From the NCBI GenBank assembly GCA_973895155.1, contig OZ316892.1:17908357-17972356 (forward strand): a DNA stretch of 64,000 nt, written 5' to 3'. Positions 50,182 to 64,000 of this stretch are shown one piece after another. The position numbers and the translations under genes are program-made. Source of the stretch: Marsupella aquatica. Taxonomy: Eukaryota > Plantae > Marchantiophyta. The notes beneath the pieces were generated by a model. It made no database searches, had not been told where the DNA came from, and worked only from the letters and a program-made list of their open reading frames with translations. Position 1 is the stretch's first letter. Each line of letters starts with the position of its first letter.

Positions 50182-53100
50182 TCATTCCTGGCTTGACGCT
50201 GATGGCAGGTTCACAACCTTTCCGATTGCAACCGTCCTCCCTGCAATCAAACGGTCGTCATGTGTAAGTCCCAAACAAACTCAACAGGACTGACCGACTG
50301 AGCGCACAAACTGCGTTCACCCTAAGAACAGTCCGAACATAATAGTTAAGAAGGTCAGCATTTGCTTAGGGTTATGATAACTGGTATCTAAATGTACACA
50401 CCACATAAAGAAGAAGTATTATTGAAAAGAACACCTTCGTACCTTCGTCACGCAGGGTAAAACGCCCCAGTTGGGGAAAATCTTGAAACTTCTCGACACA
50501 GATAACATCACTGACCTGTACAGAAGAACGAGTTGCAAAGCTCTAAGAAACAAAAAGAACCGATAAACACAAAATGAGGTTTTCGTGAGCACCAGTAACT
50601 TCGAGAATAAGGTGTAACATTTTGGAGAACAGTATCGGCGCATGAGGTGTGTTAATAGTAACTGCTTAGAAGAATCCGAAATATTTAGTTTCCATATACA
50701 AGCATCTGAGGTAGAAATGAAAGAAAATTCGACTATAACTATATAGTGGAACGACCCAAAAGCAATAGCAGGTCTTAATGTTAGCAAGTGGAGGGAAAGC
50801 ACTTAGATACTGCAAGCCGAGCTGTATCGAGCATTACCAGAATTCTCACAACCACCACGGCTCCACTCTTGACAAACAAGACCTTTTTTTTCATTGGCTT
50901 CCTCGTCTTTGGATCAATCTGTTGTAACAGTTCAATTATCTCACACTCCTCCACCACTGCATGTATGTGAAGCACAGCCTTGTATCCAGCTGTAAAAATT
51001 GCCTGGAGACATTTGCTACCCACATCAGGATCTGTCCAGGAAGTAGACTGGTAGGAACCTGAAAGGTCTTCTACAACGAACCTGCTTCGCTCTGGGACAA
51101 AAGCGGGACTAGAGAAAGGTATACATGGACATCACTTATTACCTTGTGATCAAGGAGCTCCAATATTTGTAATTGGGCGTCAAACTCAAGGACAGCAGAA
51201 ATTGGCCGCTCTGCATCCCCACCAGCACACCAGTAAATAAATCTCAGACTAAATCAGAGAATTGGGCTACATTAAGCTTCAACCAGAGACAATTAACAAA
51301 AATACTCGAGAGTCAATACACTTACCAACACTAGATAGCACAAATCCGGATGAAATATCATCTTCCTCAACTCCAGACAGCCTGATCCTTAGATTCTCCC
51401 CGGGCTTTGCGTAAGCCACCTCATCATTATCCCGATAGATAGTCACCACTTTGACAATAGCCTAGTAGAATCCAGAGCAAAACAGGTAAGCGTCGAGCAG
51501 AAGTCTCAACATCTTCAACCTATATCAATGATGGATTAACGACATCAAGTAGACCTCAACACAGTATATTTCAGACTGTATATGGTCCAGCGAGTGCCAA
51601 CCAACCTTGTTAGGCATAATCATTAAGCTGTCTCCTCGTCGAACACTCCCAGATTCAATCTTACCCATAACCACTGTCCCCATATCTTTAAATTTGTCTA
51701 TGAGGGGCATCCTGGAAATTTGCAGATCAAACGTATCCATCAGTAAGGGAATCTAGAGAGACGCATCCACTAGCAGCCACTTCACCCAAAAGTCACTCGC
51801 AAATTTGCCGTGCACTCATTTTCAGATGTTGATGTATTCAGTTATGTAAACAGACCTGAAGGGCCCTGAAGGGTCCCGGTCTGCAAGCTCCACCGCATCC
51901 AATGCCTCAAAAAGACATGGCCCATCATACCATGGACAAACGCTCTTTGGGATCCTTTCTTTCATATTATGGCCAAGAAGTCCAGAAATGGGAATGAACT
52001 GCAAATCTGAAGATCACAAACTTAAAACATCAGTAAGGGATTTACAAGATGTGCGCAAGCGACTAAATGAATGAAGAAACCACTTTCATAGTTTACCACG
52101 CCATGAACGTTTACGCGAAATCGTCTCACGCATAGAAAAGCGTACCTTTTTTTACGTTGTACCCACAAGCTTTCAGGAAAGGCACCAACTTAGTTTGGAT
52201 TTCATCAAACCTGGAGCATCACACAAATAAATTCCCATCAACTTCTGTCGAATTGCGCAGCACCCTCTGTTTGGTTCCTTGAAAATTGTTAGAGCTCCTC
52301 TCGTTCTTTCCGTCTCTGGCAAGGATGCGTGCAGAGGGCACTAACCTTTCCTTTGACCATTCGACAGAGGGATCATCCATCTTATTCACCACCACTAAGA
52401 GCTTTGCTACTCCTAAGGTCTTTGCAAGCTGTGCGTGTTCGCGAGTTTGCCCTCCTCTTTCAAACCCAGTCTCAAATTCTCCCTTCCGTGCCGCAATAAC
52501 CTGTAACCAGATACCAGGTAGATCCAACGTGAATTACTGGTGCAGAACAATACGATGCAACGCATGCACCAACGCAAAATGAACCATACAAAAAGCTGCG
52601 GGGCAAAGGAACAACAAAACTACTATAATGATGGTAAGGAGAGATTCCACTGACCAGGACTCCAACATCAGCCTGCGATGCACCACTAATCATATTTGGA
52701 ACATAATTTTTATGACCCTGCGGTCACACCACTCTGCATGAGCTACTAGAACAAGTGAAGTATAGCCCTAGATATTTTTATTCAATAAAATAAGTATCCA
52801 GAGAAATTTGTGGGCAGATAATCTCTGATTTGCACTCGCAAACCTAAGTGGGTTCGAAATAAGAAAGTGACACTAGGAAGAAATGTCATTACTGTATGTA
52901 AGAAAAGAGGAGATTAATATCGCTGAACACCCCACGGCAAAAGAGATAGTTGGAGAACTTACAGGAGCATCCAATATGGTGAATCTCGACTTTTCTGTTT
53001 CAAAGTGGGCCCTTCCAACTTCAACAGTTTTACCCTGTATTTGCAAACATCCACAAATGATTAAACCTTGTTATCGAACTAAACTCGTCGAAACGAAGGA

Positions 53101-55591
53101 CAGATTACACGCAACAGCTCTGATGCATTCCTCGGTATTAAAAGAGGATATTATCCACAAGTTTATACCGAATGGTCACACTCTGAGCATGCAATCTGAC
53201 AGTGCACGTATCAATATATCTACAATAGTTACTCACGCCATACAACCCGTGTCCTTCCCTTCTAATAAGGCATTTGACGGGTGAAATCGATGGTCAACAA
53301 GAGCAGCTCACATTAACGACCTGGACTGGTCATGGCCACAATGCAAGGTAGAGGACTGCGACAACAGCCTCAGCAATTCGTACCTTGGCTCGCTCTTCCT
53401 CGTTGGTATCCATGATGTAAGCCATGTACCTGAGGACCAATTATTCACACAGATTTTAAAAACAGATGATCCCAGCAACTTGAACACCCCCTTACAATAC
53501 TCGCACTTTCAGAGTCATTCATTGGCAGTCCTCAAAACAGAAAGGATGCCACTTCGCAAACCGTCGGTGTGGTTGTCAACAAGACGCAATAGAACACAGA
53601 TTCCGAGGTAGGAAAAGTCCCCCATCAAAGGTGCAATACAGCGGAAAGTATCCACAGCATGTTTACTGATAAATGAAAAGAAGGCTGTCAGCATTTACGC
53701 TGAGACTTACCAAGATTCACGATTCTTCTCTTTTGCTTCACGTTCATACTTTTGAATTGTGCGTTCATCAACCATATCACTGAGGTACAGAATTTGTCCC
53801 CCGATGGTTGATTTCCCGGCATCTGCAAGAATCGGCAAACCAAGGCAGGTAAACCAAGGTAGGTAATAAACTCACTCACTTGCTTGAAGCACGTATCACG
53901 TGAAAGATATCCCACCACCACGCAGAAACCAAGAGACTCAACCTATGCGTGGAAGCAAGACTGTGTGGTGGGAGCTCTTAAAAGTTATGGACGCAACGCA
54001 GCATGGAGACCATCCTTCTGCTGGACGGCGGACAAAAAATGCTTCAACAACGACGCTCACCGACGTGACCGATGAAGACAACGTTCAAATGCTGTCTCGT
54101 ATCGAGCTCCTCTGGAGTCTGCTCTTCGTCTTTGCTCTTGTAATTAGTGTCATGTGCCTCCTCGGCTGCCATAACATGTTCGACAAAATAGTCAACCAAT
54201 CCGACTCCATAAACAATGAGAATGAATCAATACAGATCTCGCTCACACCAAACATATTAGAACTCCCAAACCCTCTGCAAGTGCTTACTTTGATGGTCTA
54301 CGGGTGTGTGACTCACTCGTAAAAGATAACTACCAACTCATTACAAAGTATCAAACCTGAAACATCACTACCCTCCCTGGAACGAAGAGTGAGAGTACCT
54401 TCGAAGACGAAAGAATGGGATACAAATGACATCTATTGCAAAACACCGAGAAGATGGTACTATTCGAATATCGACCCAAAGAAATCGACACGCAAATAAA
54501 ATAAGAACCTTAAAAATCATGCAAGAGTAGTCTTTTGCGCCCTACTCAAATGTACGTAACAACTCTACTCGAGAAGATCGGAACAAATTTACAAACGCAA
54601 CCCTAAACCATTCCTTAATCTCAAATTTGCAAACCTCTCAGATAGAAAAACCTCAGAAAAGCAGTTTACGGTACCTACAAGATACAACCTCTTCCTCATG
54701 ATAACACCCTCATTGATATCAACTTCAATGGAATGACAGACTCTTCCTCGCGACAACACCCTCATTATTATCAACTTTGACAGCATGACAACAGCGTGCA
54801 CACTGTGACAGACTGAGCTCGAACAGAATCCCTCCAACCTTGACAAATTCGTCTGAACCTACATTTTCTCAACTACTCTCAAGATAAGAAGTGACAAACT
54901 TCGAATGCAGATAGGATTCACGATGATGCAATCCAAGCCACTTCGTTGCCAATTCAGCCTCAGAGCAGAGCAGAGCAGAGCAGAGCAGAGCAGAGCAGAG
55001 CAGAGCAGAGCAGAGCAAAGCATAGGGTGGCATACCGTGATCTCCGTTCACATCCTCTGTAGGCGGAGACTCCTTTCCAGAAACGGCCTCCTCTTCTGTA
55101 GCAGCAACAGCCGGGGCCGTCTTCTCGTCAGCTTGGTGGCTCGTCTCAGAAGATCCAGGAGCGGGTGCAACCTCCGTCTCTTCCTTCTTAGGAGCTGCTT
55201 CTCCAATATGGAGAGCAGCTAAGGCTGGCAGACCATCTGTTGCCAGAATCCGATCTAACGATGGTTCGGACGGGGCGGGAGTCGGCGCGGCCACAGGAAC
55301 AGGGACGGGAGCAGGCGATTCCAAAACCTGCTGCCTCACCGGAGCTGCTGCGGGGACGATTGTCGGTGCAGGAATCGGCGAAGCCATAGCAGAATTGGCG
55401 AACGAGGGAGTCATCATCGGAGGAGTGAAAGCGGGAGCTGAGGGATTGAAAGTGAAGGAAGGCGCATCCGGGTTGAAACTGAAGCCCTTCCCTCCCACCT
55501 GGGCGGTCGGTTTCGGTCGAGATTGCGGAGGCGGAGGATTGGTACCCGTCTCCTGCTCCATGTCCTCCCAAGAATCAACCGGCTCCGCCAT
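50182..55591 (-). CDS. eRF3: eukaryotic peptide chain release factor GTP-binding subunit eRF3 (GSPT/Sup35 family), ~15 exons
   Basis: Spliced exons give [10 protein letters not shown]^[22 protein letters not shown]^[15 protein letters not shown]^[18 protein letters not shown]^[69 protein letters not shown]^GRTVAIGKV. Stop TGA at 50182-50184. Confidence 0.96.
54961..55017. repeat. (CAGAG)n microsatellite in eRF3 intron 1
   Basis: About 11 perfect CAGAG copies just inside the donor at 55035. Confidence 0.95.
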
Positions 55592-55919
55592 GCCTCAATG
55601 CCTGCCTGCCTGCCTACCTGGCCTGGCCTCGCCTCGACAACAAACAAATCACTCTATCTCAAATCACTGTATCAATTTCCTTTCTGTCTTCCCTACCGCC
55701 TGTCCCTCGCTTGAGTCAGCGACTCCCTGCTAGAAGTCTCAATTGAACTCCTCCCAAACGAAAATGACCGAGAAGAGAGATATGGCAGAGGAGAAGGTTA
55801 ATTAATAAGAGAACTCCCTTCTTCTGGCTCCTCCTACCCGGTGGACGCCTCAATTGCACTCCCCTTCTCTATGCGCGTGACAGAGAGAGCCCAAAATCGC
55901 AGGAAAGATAGAATAATGG

Positions 55920-56117
55920 CAGAGACGAGAGAAAACAGAGGACGAGCGAGAGGGAGAGGGAGAGAGCGGGAGAGTGAGTGAGAGTCTCGAGTCTCGACGG
56001 AGAGAAGCCGAAGCCGAAGCTTTGCTTCGACGGGAAAAGAGGGGAGAAGCGAAGAAGGACACAAATTAGAGTATATTAGGGTTCGACGCATCCAAAGGAC
56101 AGAGAGAGAGAGAGAGA
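55920..56117 (-). promoter_or_regulatory. eRF3 promoter/5' leader: GA/CT tracts and a telo-box-like AACCCTAA
   Basis: (GA)n runs, and ttagggtt at 56076-56083. Telo-boxes are common at plant translation-factor genes. Confidence 0.4.
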
Positions 56118-59100
56118 AGCACTCACAGCAGAGACAGGGGGAAAGGGAGTTCAGTTACGCTCAATCTACAGTGACTTACACTATGGTAGAGCTGTAAGAC
56201 AGATGGCGTTTGACGGCACTTTTTGTTCCCTACCGCGGACAGAAGGTGGGTACTGGGTAGGTTACCAGGAGAGGACAATCTCAGGGGGTCTCCAAGCTCA
56301 AGATTTGATGGGTCTTATCTCACTAGTTAAAGGTATCAGTGAACAAAGTTATGGACTCCCAAATTCATAGTCCATAAGTTTATGCAATAATGATTGGTCA
56401 CATATCATGATTATTAAGGTGTCTCAAAGCCCGGCCTTAACAAGATAAGGTCTTCTAGTAACTTAAGTATTTTGGGAACTCCCATAAAAGTTATTCGAGC
56501 CAATTTTGGCTACCGTAAGGAAAGCCCGCAGGCTTGAGACAACCCGAAATTATCCCGCAACTTTTGATGGAAATCCAGGACTCCAGAACTCCGAAAAGTC
56601 ATGCCACTCAATGCACATGGGCGCAATGCCTAACATGGTGATGGCTGCTGCATTTGAGGTGGCGGCTGATCAAGAATGAAAGGAAAATGAGATATGCTAT
56701 GAGACAGAAGTGAGGCTGTAACTCCTTATGGGGTGGGTCAGTGCTACCTCCCCACATTTTTTAGTTCCTTAACTAGGTCCCATAACCAGAGTTACAGGAT
56801 AGACTACAAATCCGTAACTTTCAGTAACGACCCAACTTTGAGATGCCCTATTATATATAACTTCTTGCAATAAAGATTGGCCATATAACATGATCATAAC
56901 TTAGTTACTGTCTGTAGAAACAGGTGGAATAAAAACTTTACCAAATTAATGCTCCGACTTAGTAGCATCTCCCCATCCTTACAGATAAAGAGTTAACAGA
57001 CCCCTCCAGTGAAACTTATTCAAGCATCTGCATTGGTGCTCTGCCGATGACTACTGGCGTGAGGTTTGTTTTTGCTTGCACTGGTGGTAGGCATCACCAA
57101 ATGTTTTCAGGCTGTTGAGCACAACTGTTCCTGACCTGAATACTGGGCCCTGTTTAAGCCTGTATTCTCCTTGTTCCACTGCTGCCAAACCTCAACTACA
57201 TTGTTGCTTGTGCCACACATTTTCATCTTGGACCACCTAGATCATTCTCATATTTTTATGAAATTGGCGTCAGCATCTGTAAGTCTGTTCCTTCACACCC
57301 AGGTTTGGGGTTTTGGGGCTTTGTTTTGCAAGGCACCAGTGCAATGTAGTTCATCCACCCCTACCATACCACGATGCAGGCCTCTAATCAATAGCAATAA
57401 ATTTTCTTTTGGCTTCGTTGGGCAGCAAAATCTCTGGGGATGCTCCTAGTTGTAACTAGTCCCGTGTGTTCAAAATGTGTTAACAAGGGCCCCATCCAAG
57501 GTATGCCCTTCTGATTGCTCTTATACAGAAAACATACTCTAATGTAAAAGCTAGCTGAATGCAGTGGCTCTTTTTGAGGGCTTCCTTGGTCTTCTTTGTT
57601 GCAATGTCAGCAAAACGTTGACAATTCAAAGAAAATTGGTAGGGACTGTTGGCCAATTTAGTGATGATTCAAAGCTCAATTGGAGCAAGAGAAATTGGAG
57701 CACCTTCATTGGGGGAAACTTTAAGGTTCCCTTTTTTGCCATTTTTGGCACATCAGGGGAAACTTTGAATTAAAGCTTTGAGAAAACCAGTGGGCAGGGG
57801 GAACTGTAACCTGGGTTGGAATCTCTATCCTAAACTTACTGTAACCTGGGTTGGGATCTCTATCCTAGACATTGTTGTTAGCAAATGATAGACAGTGGTG
57901 ACATTGATCACTCTACCTCCCCTTCAACCACCAGCAACAAGGGCAGGGGTCACAAAGTAGTTGGTGGGAGAACAAAGGAAAGTTGTGAAATTGGTAGCAT
58001 TCTCTCAATTGTTGGCTATAATAGAATCTCAAGAGGGCAAGTGTTTGATGAGTAGACTGGTTAGCCAATTCGCCTTCGGCTAAACACAAGTGAAGCATTG
58101 TAAACTTTGTGGCATTGGAAAGATGTACCTCCTGCAAGTACAAAGGCCACTTTGTAACACCTTTGAGCAATGAAATAGTTTTGAGCCTACAATGCTTCTC
58201 TTTTTGCTAGAGAAGTCAGTCTCTCACCTACAGGCCACTATTGACTTGGTTCAGTGACTATGAATGATTTATAGTGCTTGCAACAAACTAGTTACTTGTG
58301 GACATAGCATATTATAACTTGCAGCAAATAAAAATGTTTGGGATTTCATGTATATGGTGGCTGGAGTTAACAATTTTTTAGATTGTGGGAGAAATTAGTA
58401 AATTAGGTGAATTTGGAGGGACAGGTTGCTAAAAGCTGTTAGTTAGGAACTGTATTACAGTAAACTGTTATTCCTTCATCGTGAAGCTCTGGAAGTCTGT
58501 AACATTTTAGCCCTTCTACTTGGCATCTTACAGTAAAGGTATGTCAGTGACCGAACGAGTCCTATCTGTGCTGCTCACGCCAATAGAAGGGCTAGTAGGT
58601 ACGGTTAAGGTTCGACCTATCCAGAACTGCCATGTGTCTAGGCTAACACCTGGAGCGCACGGTCCAACCAATGGAGGACCGCCATGCTGGCACCGCATCC
58701 TGGATTGTTTACGCCATCGATGTGTTGCTATCCGATAGACCGGTTCGAACCCGTGGTTCCCCGAATTCCAGTAAAGCGCAAAGCCAGAACCTGAGTTGGC
58801 GTGGTACAAGAAGCGAACTTGGGACCTGCGTAATTCCTGTGTTGCCATCAATCTGTCCACACATTCATGAAATCAGGATACTGCGGATTCCGGCCAAGCT
58901 TCACCTGTATACCTTCCACCCAAGCAGATTGAACACCAGCCTAGTGATTCACATCCCACTTCCCATCTTGGATGATCGCGGGTAAAGGCAATGACACTCG
59001 GACAGGACAGGCTATGTCCAGATAACTGGAGTATGCTGTTGGTCCCAGATCGAATAGAGTCGCCTCTCACGTAATTGGGTCTGGAAAATCAGTCCTAAAT

Positions 59101-59998
59101 TGTTATGGCCGAGGCGGGATCAGGGAGCCAGCAGGTCTCTGTAGGACGACAGCACGTGACGGACAGAAAGTTTGAGTACTTGCACAAAATGAACTCCAAA
59201 TCACGAAACGAGAGTTACAGGGGTCTCACCAATAGGAAATGGCAACAGAAGAAAGACGATTGCTTGGTGACAATTGGCTCACATAGCTGCTTCATCACAC
59301 TAAACTATTTCCGATGTTATCGGAGACCTTTAGGCAGAGAAACATAAGATGTGTACATGCAAGATGCACCTGCATAGTTTACGGCTGGAAACAGTATACA
59401 TAAGGTTTTATGGCATCTGAAAATCTAGCAGCTAAAGTAGTTCCCCGATGAAGATGCTCTTTGGGCACCATTCAAAGATAGATAAAGAGAAGTCCCATTT
59501 TGAATGATAGTAACCCTCAGTTTCCATATTAATAAGGTGATAACTGTTTCAATTCTACGTACTTTCCAGGCCCCAAGAAGTCATCATGATAATCCTTGAG
59601 ATTAATCAACAAGTGGGTGCAGCTGTCTCTGGCAAGCTCAAAAGTGCAATCCGACGGCACGGTAGATTCATCATTGATATGGTTCAACCAACGGTGTGTA
59701 TCATGTGTTTCAAGGGGATCTCAACAAATGAGTCACAAGTTGAAGTCATTAAAAGCTATTTGTCAGATCTGAATACACTAACATACCTGGTTGCTGCATG
59801 GGAGTGGTCTCATACCAGTTTCACCAGATCCGACAATTGGTAGACCGCAGAAGATAATTTTTAACGCAATGAAACCTGTCGAAATGGCTATACAGCTCTC
59901 TACGCGAAAGTCATATAATCGTGGTTCAAATTCCACAGGTTCTTTTTCAGTACCAAAAATCTAAAATACAGGTATAGTCGAGTAGCAACGTTTATAAT

Positions 59999-62900
59999 CT
60001 AAAAAACATTACTCTTGCTCGGCTTTTGGCGCGGTCTGCATGCCTTCAAGACTTTAAAGTGACTACCAAACAACTTCTTTGTACTTTTAAGTACCTCTTC
60101 CGAAAGGGAATCCCCAATGGATTCACAGGATCTTTCCTCCAAGGTCAACAAAAAAGGGGATGTAGGTGGCTTTCTAGGACGACTCTTTTTCTTGTGTATT
60201 GATTTCGACGGAGTTGATACGCTAGGAAGGAAAGAAGAAAATTCCTTTACAGCGGCTATTGGCGTCATAGAAGGCATGACGATGGATGTTGACTTATTCA
60301 TGCTAGCAATGGTTGTTGCATATTTGGCAACCTCAGGATTGTAATGTTGAGCCAGCAAAGTCAGCTCCCACAGAACTGTTGACAAAGCATCACTGAGATC
60401 TGGGTCTTCTTCGCCCGATGGAACCATCTGTAAGAAAATCCTAAGAAAATCAGGCATTACGACAGAGCATTGCTCCAAACATGTAATGTACGAGAAGTAC
60501 GCAATTCATGATACGAGATATGGGCGTGGGACTCTTACCGCATGGCTGCTCACAGGCCCTGAGCCTGGATTGTTCTCAACAATAATACGACTCTTTTTGT
60601 AACGCACAAGCAACTGTTGTGCAGTAGCTAGAGCTGAACCAAACACATTCAAACACATTCTAAGTTAGTGCAACTCACAACGTTGGAGACCGATCATTCC
60701 TTTTTCTGCTAATACAGTTTACGAAGAGCACGTTGAGGATGTTGATCCCATCAATACAACAATGACTAGTTCACATATTAATGTCTGCAGAATTTGATGA
60801 AAACGACTTCAAACCCACCTGCCACAGCCTCTCCAGATCTTAGGTGTAGAGCAAGCGTAGCCAAGCGCTTCACAAAAGCAGCAACACGAGACATGTCATT
60901 GTGTGTTCCATCCCACAACATTATCTGCAGTGACTGCGCCAGTATTTCTCGACTATGCTCTCCATCACTTCAACACCGGCAACAGCAAATTAGTAAATTT
61001 ACTTTGATTCTCTAATGAACACTTAAGATATTCTACTCAATTTCACTTCAATTGTCCAAAAATAAACATGAGGCAAATGCTGAAAAAAAACGGACTCACC
61101 TAATTACAGCATCAATGAGCAAATTGTAGAAAAGCGTGTAAAATTCTCGTAGATCAATATTAAGAGCATCCATATTGATTCGCACTATCTTGAACGCAAC
61201 TGTGCAGCATTGCAGCCGTTCCCAAACACTGCCAGTTCCTATAGACCCAGCAGATTCTTTACCACCTTTTGCTAGTACTTGTAGCACTCTCAAAAGGTCG
61301 GCCATAAAGTCTACACTGATTAAGTGAGAAAATCTGGCCAATCCCTCCAGACATGACCTCAACAGCGGTCTAGGTCCAAGTGGCTCTTTCCTCAACGTTT
61401 CAACGCGCCCATTCAGTTTAGGAACCCTGGTACCCAAAGAAAAGAAGCACATTTTGGAGTCAGAAAAAGACTGAGAATTCTCAACCTGAGAGATGCCAAC
61501 TAAGTGACAGCACGGAGACCTTGGTGCAAGCTACCTTGAAACAAAACGCACGGTCATAATTCAGCCCCAGTACTGAGCTTCCCTTATTTCAGGTCGTCTA
61601 CTTCTACCACAGCCGCCTGACTCTAACTAGCCAAGCCTGTGCCACCGCGTTCTGATTTAAAACGTCTAACATCTGACCGTAATAATCGACCCCCCTCATC
61701 ATTCAGTTAACGTCCTTGACACTAACGAGTACAAATATATCAATAAGTTTCTAGAAATTCTAGTCCCGAGAACAGGAAGAAGAGAACAATGGGCGACCAC
61801 TCTCAAGACCTCATGTATCTCTCCCATGAAGTTCCATCATCTGTTCTTAGGTGCCTCGTACATCTCAATGTTAGAGATGATGGCTGACATGGGTCTACCC
61901 TTAAACCATACTCAACCCGTACCTTTCTGGCTCCAGACTGGTTTTCAGGATGCGAAAGTATGTCTCGAAAAGTGATGATAGTGTCAACATTTGAAACTTT
62001 TTGCTTGCCTCAATGGATGGGAGAACCGATGCTTCTTTGAAATCAGCTTCAACCTGTCCAGCAAGTGCAATTTATGAGGATGTATAAGGCTGTCCAACAA
62101 AGCTTCTACGCAGTAAGTATAGATGAGACGATCAGTTAAAATTAATATCATCCCACAATGTGACTCACTTCAGTTCATTAGAGATCCTCCAACAAATATA
62201 CCTCTTTCCTCAGTTGTGCTGCAAGTTGCTTCTTAGCCTTCTTCCCTTTCTTTTCTTCCCTCTTGGACAACTTTGGTGGGGGTTTCTTGGAACCTTCCAC
62301 TGAAGGTTGGCCAAGACCTCCAGAAGTTGACTCTCTTAAAAGATCATCGTCAAACGACAGCGATAGAAAGACCTGTTCAAAAAGCCCAAAACGTTTGAGA
62401 AGAGAACTTCATCTGCATTAGCAAATACAAGTCACCCCCAAAACAGGAAAAGAAACAAAACAAACGTATTTTGCTATATATGTTTTCCATCAACGGCAAA
62501 ATTGACATAATTAACGAACTATTCAAAAACAACGCGTTCTATCTATATGCAGGACCCCTTGCTCTTCTAACCTGAGAGACAGCAATGAGGAAAAACTGTA
62601 ATCGACAAATCAGACGCTCTTGTAAGGTGTTACCTGAATAACTTCCGGGGGGCTCTGGCAATTCCGGAGTCTCACAAAATCAGCAATCAGCTGAACTGCC
62701 TCAACTGTAGCCTCTTCGCCATGTTTTCCAGGATTTAGAAACAAGCCCTTGATAGCCTGACAGCACATATTACTGCCAAAGAAAATCATTCGATTCTTAC
62801 TTTTGAAAGCCACTTATTACTGTCAATTGCAGGTTTGTCTTGAATATATCCTGTTAAGTGTTAATATTCCAGCTCATTTTCCTTCAATTTAATTTCATTT

Positions 62901-64000
62901 TAATTAAAACGTGACTACGAAAATCAAATAACAGGACAAAAGTCAAAGAAAGTGAAGTCACCAGACCTGAAGTCATCATCATCTGAGGCCATGCGAGGAA
63001 CGACAGCAGACAGGATGCTCTCCCGATAATTGAAGTGAGGAACAGCGTCAAGCAGCCCACATAGGCACCTAAGTGATGTCCATCGCATGCTCCGCGTTTT
63101 TGCACTCCTTACGAGCAGTTGAACATAAGCCTGTAAACGACGGAAATCAAATCGAAGAAGTGGCTCAGGCTTGGGTATGCTGAGTGCTGCGAACGGATGC
63201 TTATAGAAATAGATTCTTCCTAAGGAAAAAACTTAGAATAAAAAAAGCTTTTCTTCTTAGCATTCCTTAAGCTGAGTTTAATGGGGGAGCCCCGGCATCG
63301 ACGTAGATCAAAATTCTTTCACAAGAGAAAGTTCATGAAACAAACAGAATAGCACTTCTGATACGATGATACTATAGTGAATGGACAATGACCTGGTAGA
63401 AGCGAAGAAGGGCAGTCTCATAGTCCCACAAACTTCGAACCTCTTTAGACACCATCATCTCCCTCTCTTTTTCCGTGGGTAGCCTGATTCGATACCTGAT
63501 CACGAACACCAAAGTCAATAAGATCGGGCCTCCCTAAACACAACTCGGCTAATAGGTCATAATTTTTTTTCCAAAACAAACAACAACAGGAATTACGTTA
63601 ATGGAGTAATCAAAATGCAATCCTACATTCGCATTGCTTAACGTGAAACGAGAGCTACGATATTGTTCATGAATTAGCTTAGAGGTGACAGTTTTTGTGA
63701 CTTTAGGGGAGGGTCGTGCAAGAAGATTTACGAGTCTCAGGATGGAAAAAAATTAAGGAGCATACCCAGGAATGAGATCCTTGAATATAGCCATTGAGGA
63801 GAGCATAGCAAATTGCGAGACACCCTCGTCACGATCAATGCACATATCTTGAAGTTCCTTTAGAGTCATTATGTTGCCATTGGGGTCTGCAAATAAATCT
63901 ACCGCAATCTCTGCCATTCGGGCCCTGAGCTTTGGCCCCCTCTCCTGTACAAAACCAAGTTTGTCTTAGCAATAAAGGGGAACCCAATTCCAGGTCATAA
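59999..64000 (-). CDS. NOC3: nucleolar complex protein 3 (NOC3/NOC3L), multi-exon, 5' end beyond the window
   Basis: AIFKDLIPG^YRIRLPTEKE..VSKEVRSLWDYETALLRFYQ, VEADFKEA, FETYFRILK, CLEGLARFSHLISVDFMADLL, RVAAFVKRL and LWELTLLAQHYNPEV. Stop at 59999-60001. Confidence 0.92.

Noticed and set aside
54869-55035. C-terminal LLCSA repeats of ORF 54869..55591
   Set aside because: Read-through into intron 1 (donor at 55035) across the CAGAG microsatellite.
58528-59070. Two same-frame minus-strand ORFs separated by one stop (possible pseudogene or readthrough)
   Set aside because: No recognisable family. The FALYWN resemblance to polyphenol oxidase is too short to support a call.

Overview
This is eukaryotic land-plant nuclear DNA with GT-AG introns. 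The gene and repeat style suggests a bryophyte such as a liverwort, but that is inference. Host genes: tRNA-Glu(CTC); an intronless THF1/Psb29 (-); a 7-exon EIN2 (+); a ~15-exon eRF3 (-); and the 3' part of NOC3 (-, runs off the window end). The ~35 kb between THF1 and EIN2 is a transposon graveyard: MITEs, a truncated Copia, MULE and LINE fragments, a LINE interrupted by a SINE and a MULE, and an orphan pseudogene. The main find is a complete 8.5-kb CACTA/EnSpm element (11564-20061; 12-bp TIRs, TTA target-site duplication) carrying a SET-domain (lysine methyltransferase-like) exon inside its transposase transcription unit. The splice sites allow either a transposase or a SET isoform. The element also has a divergently oriented TnpA-like gene and an internal cluster of the subterminal TCCGAT motif, so it is a candidate transposon-encoded chromatin-modifying system. 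Second, this EIN2 keeps the NRAMP metal-binding motifs DPGN and MPH. All family calls come from motif recognition by eye; no searches were run.
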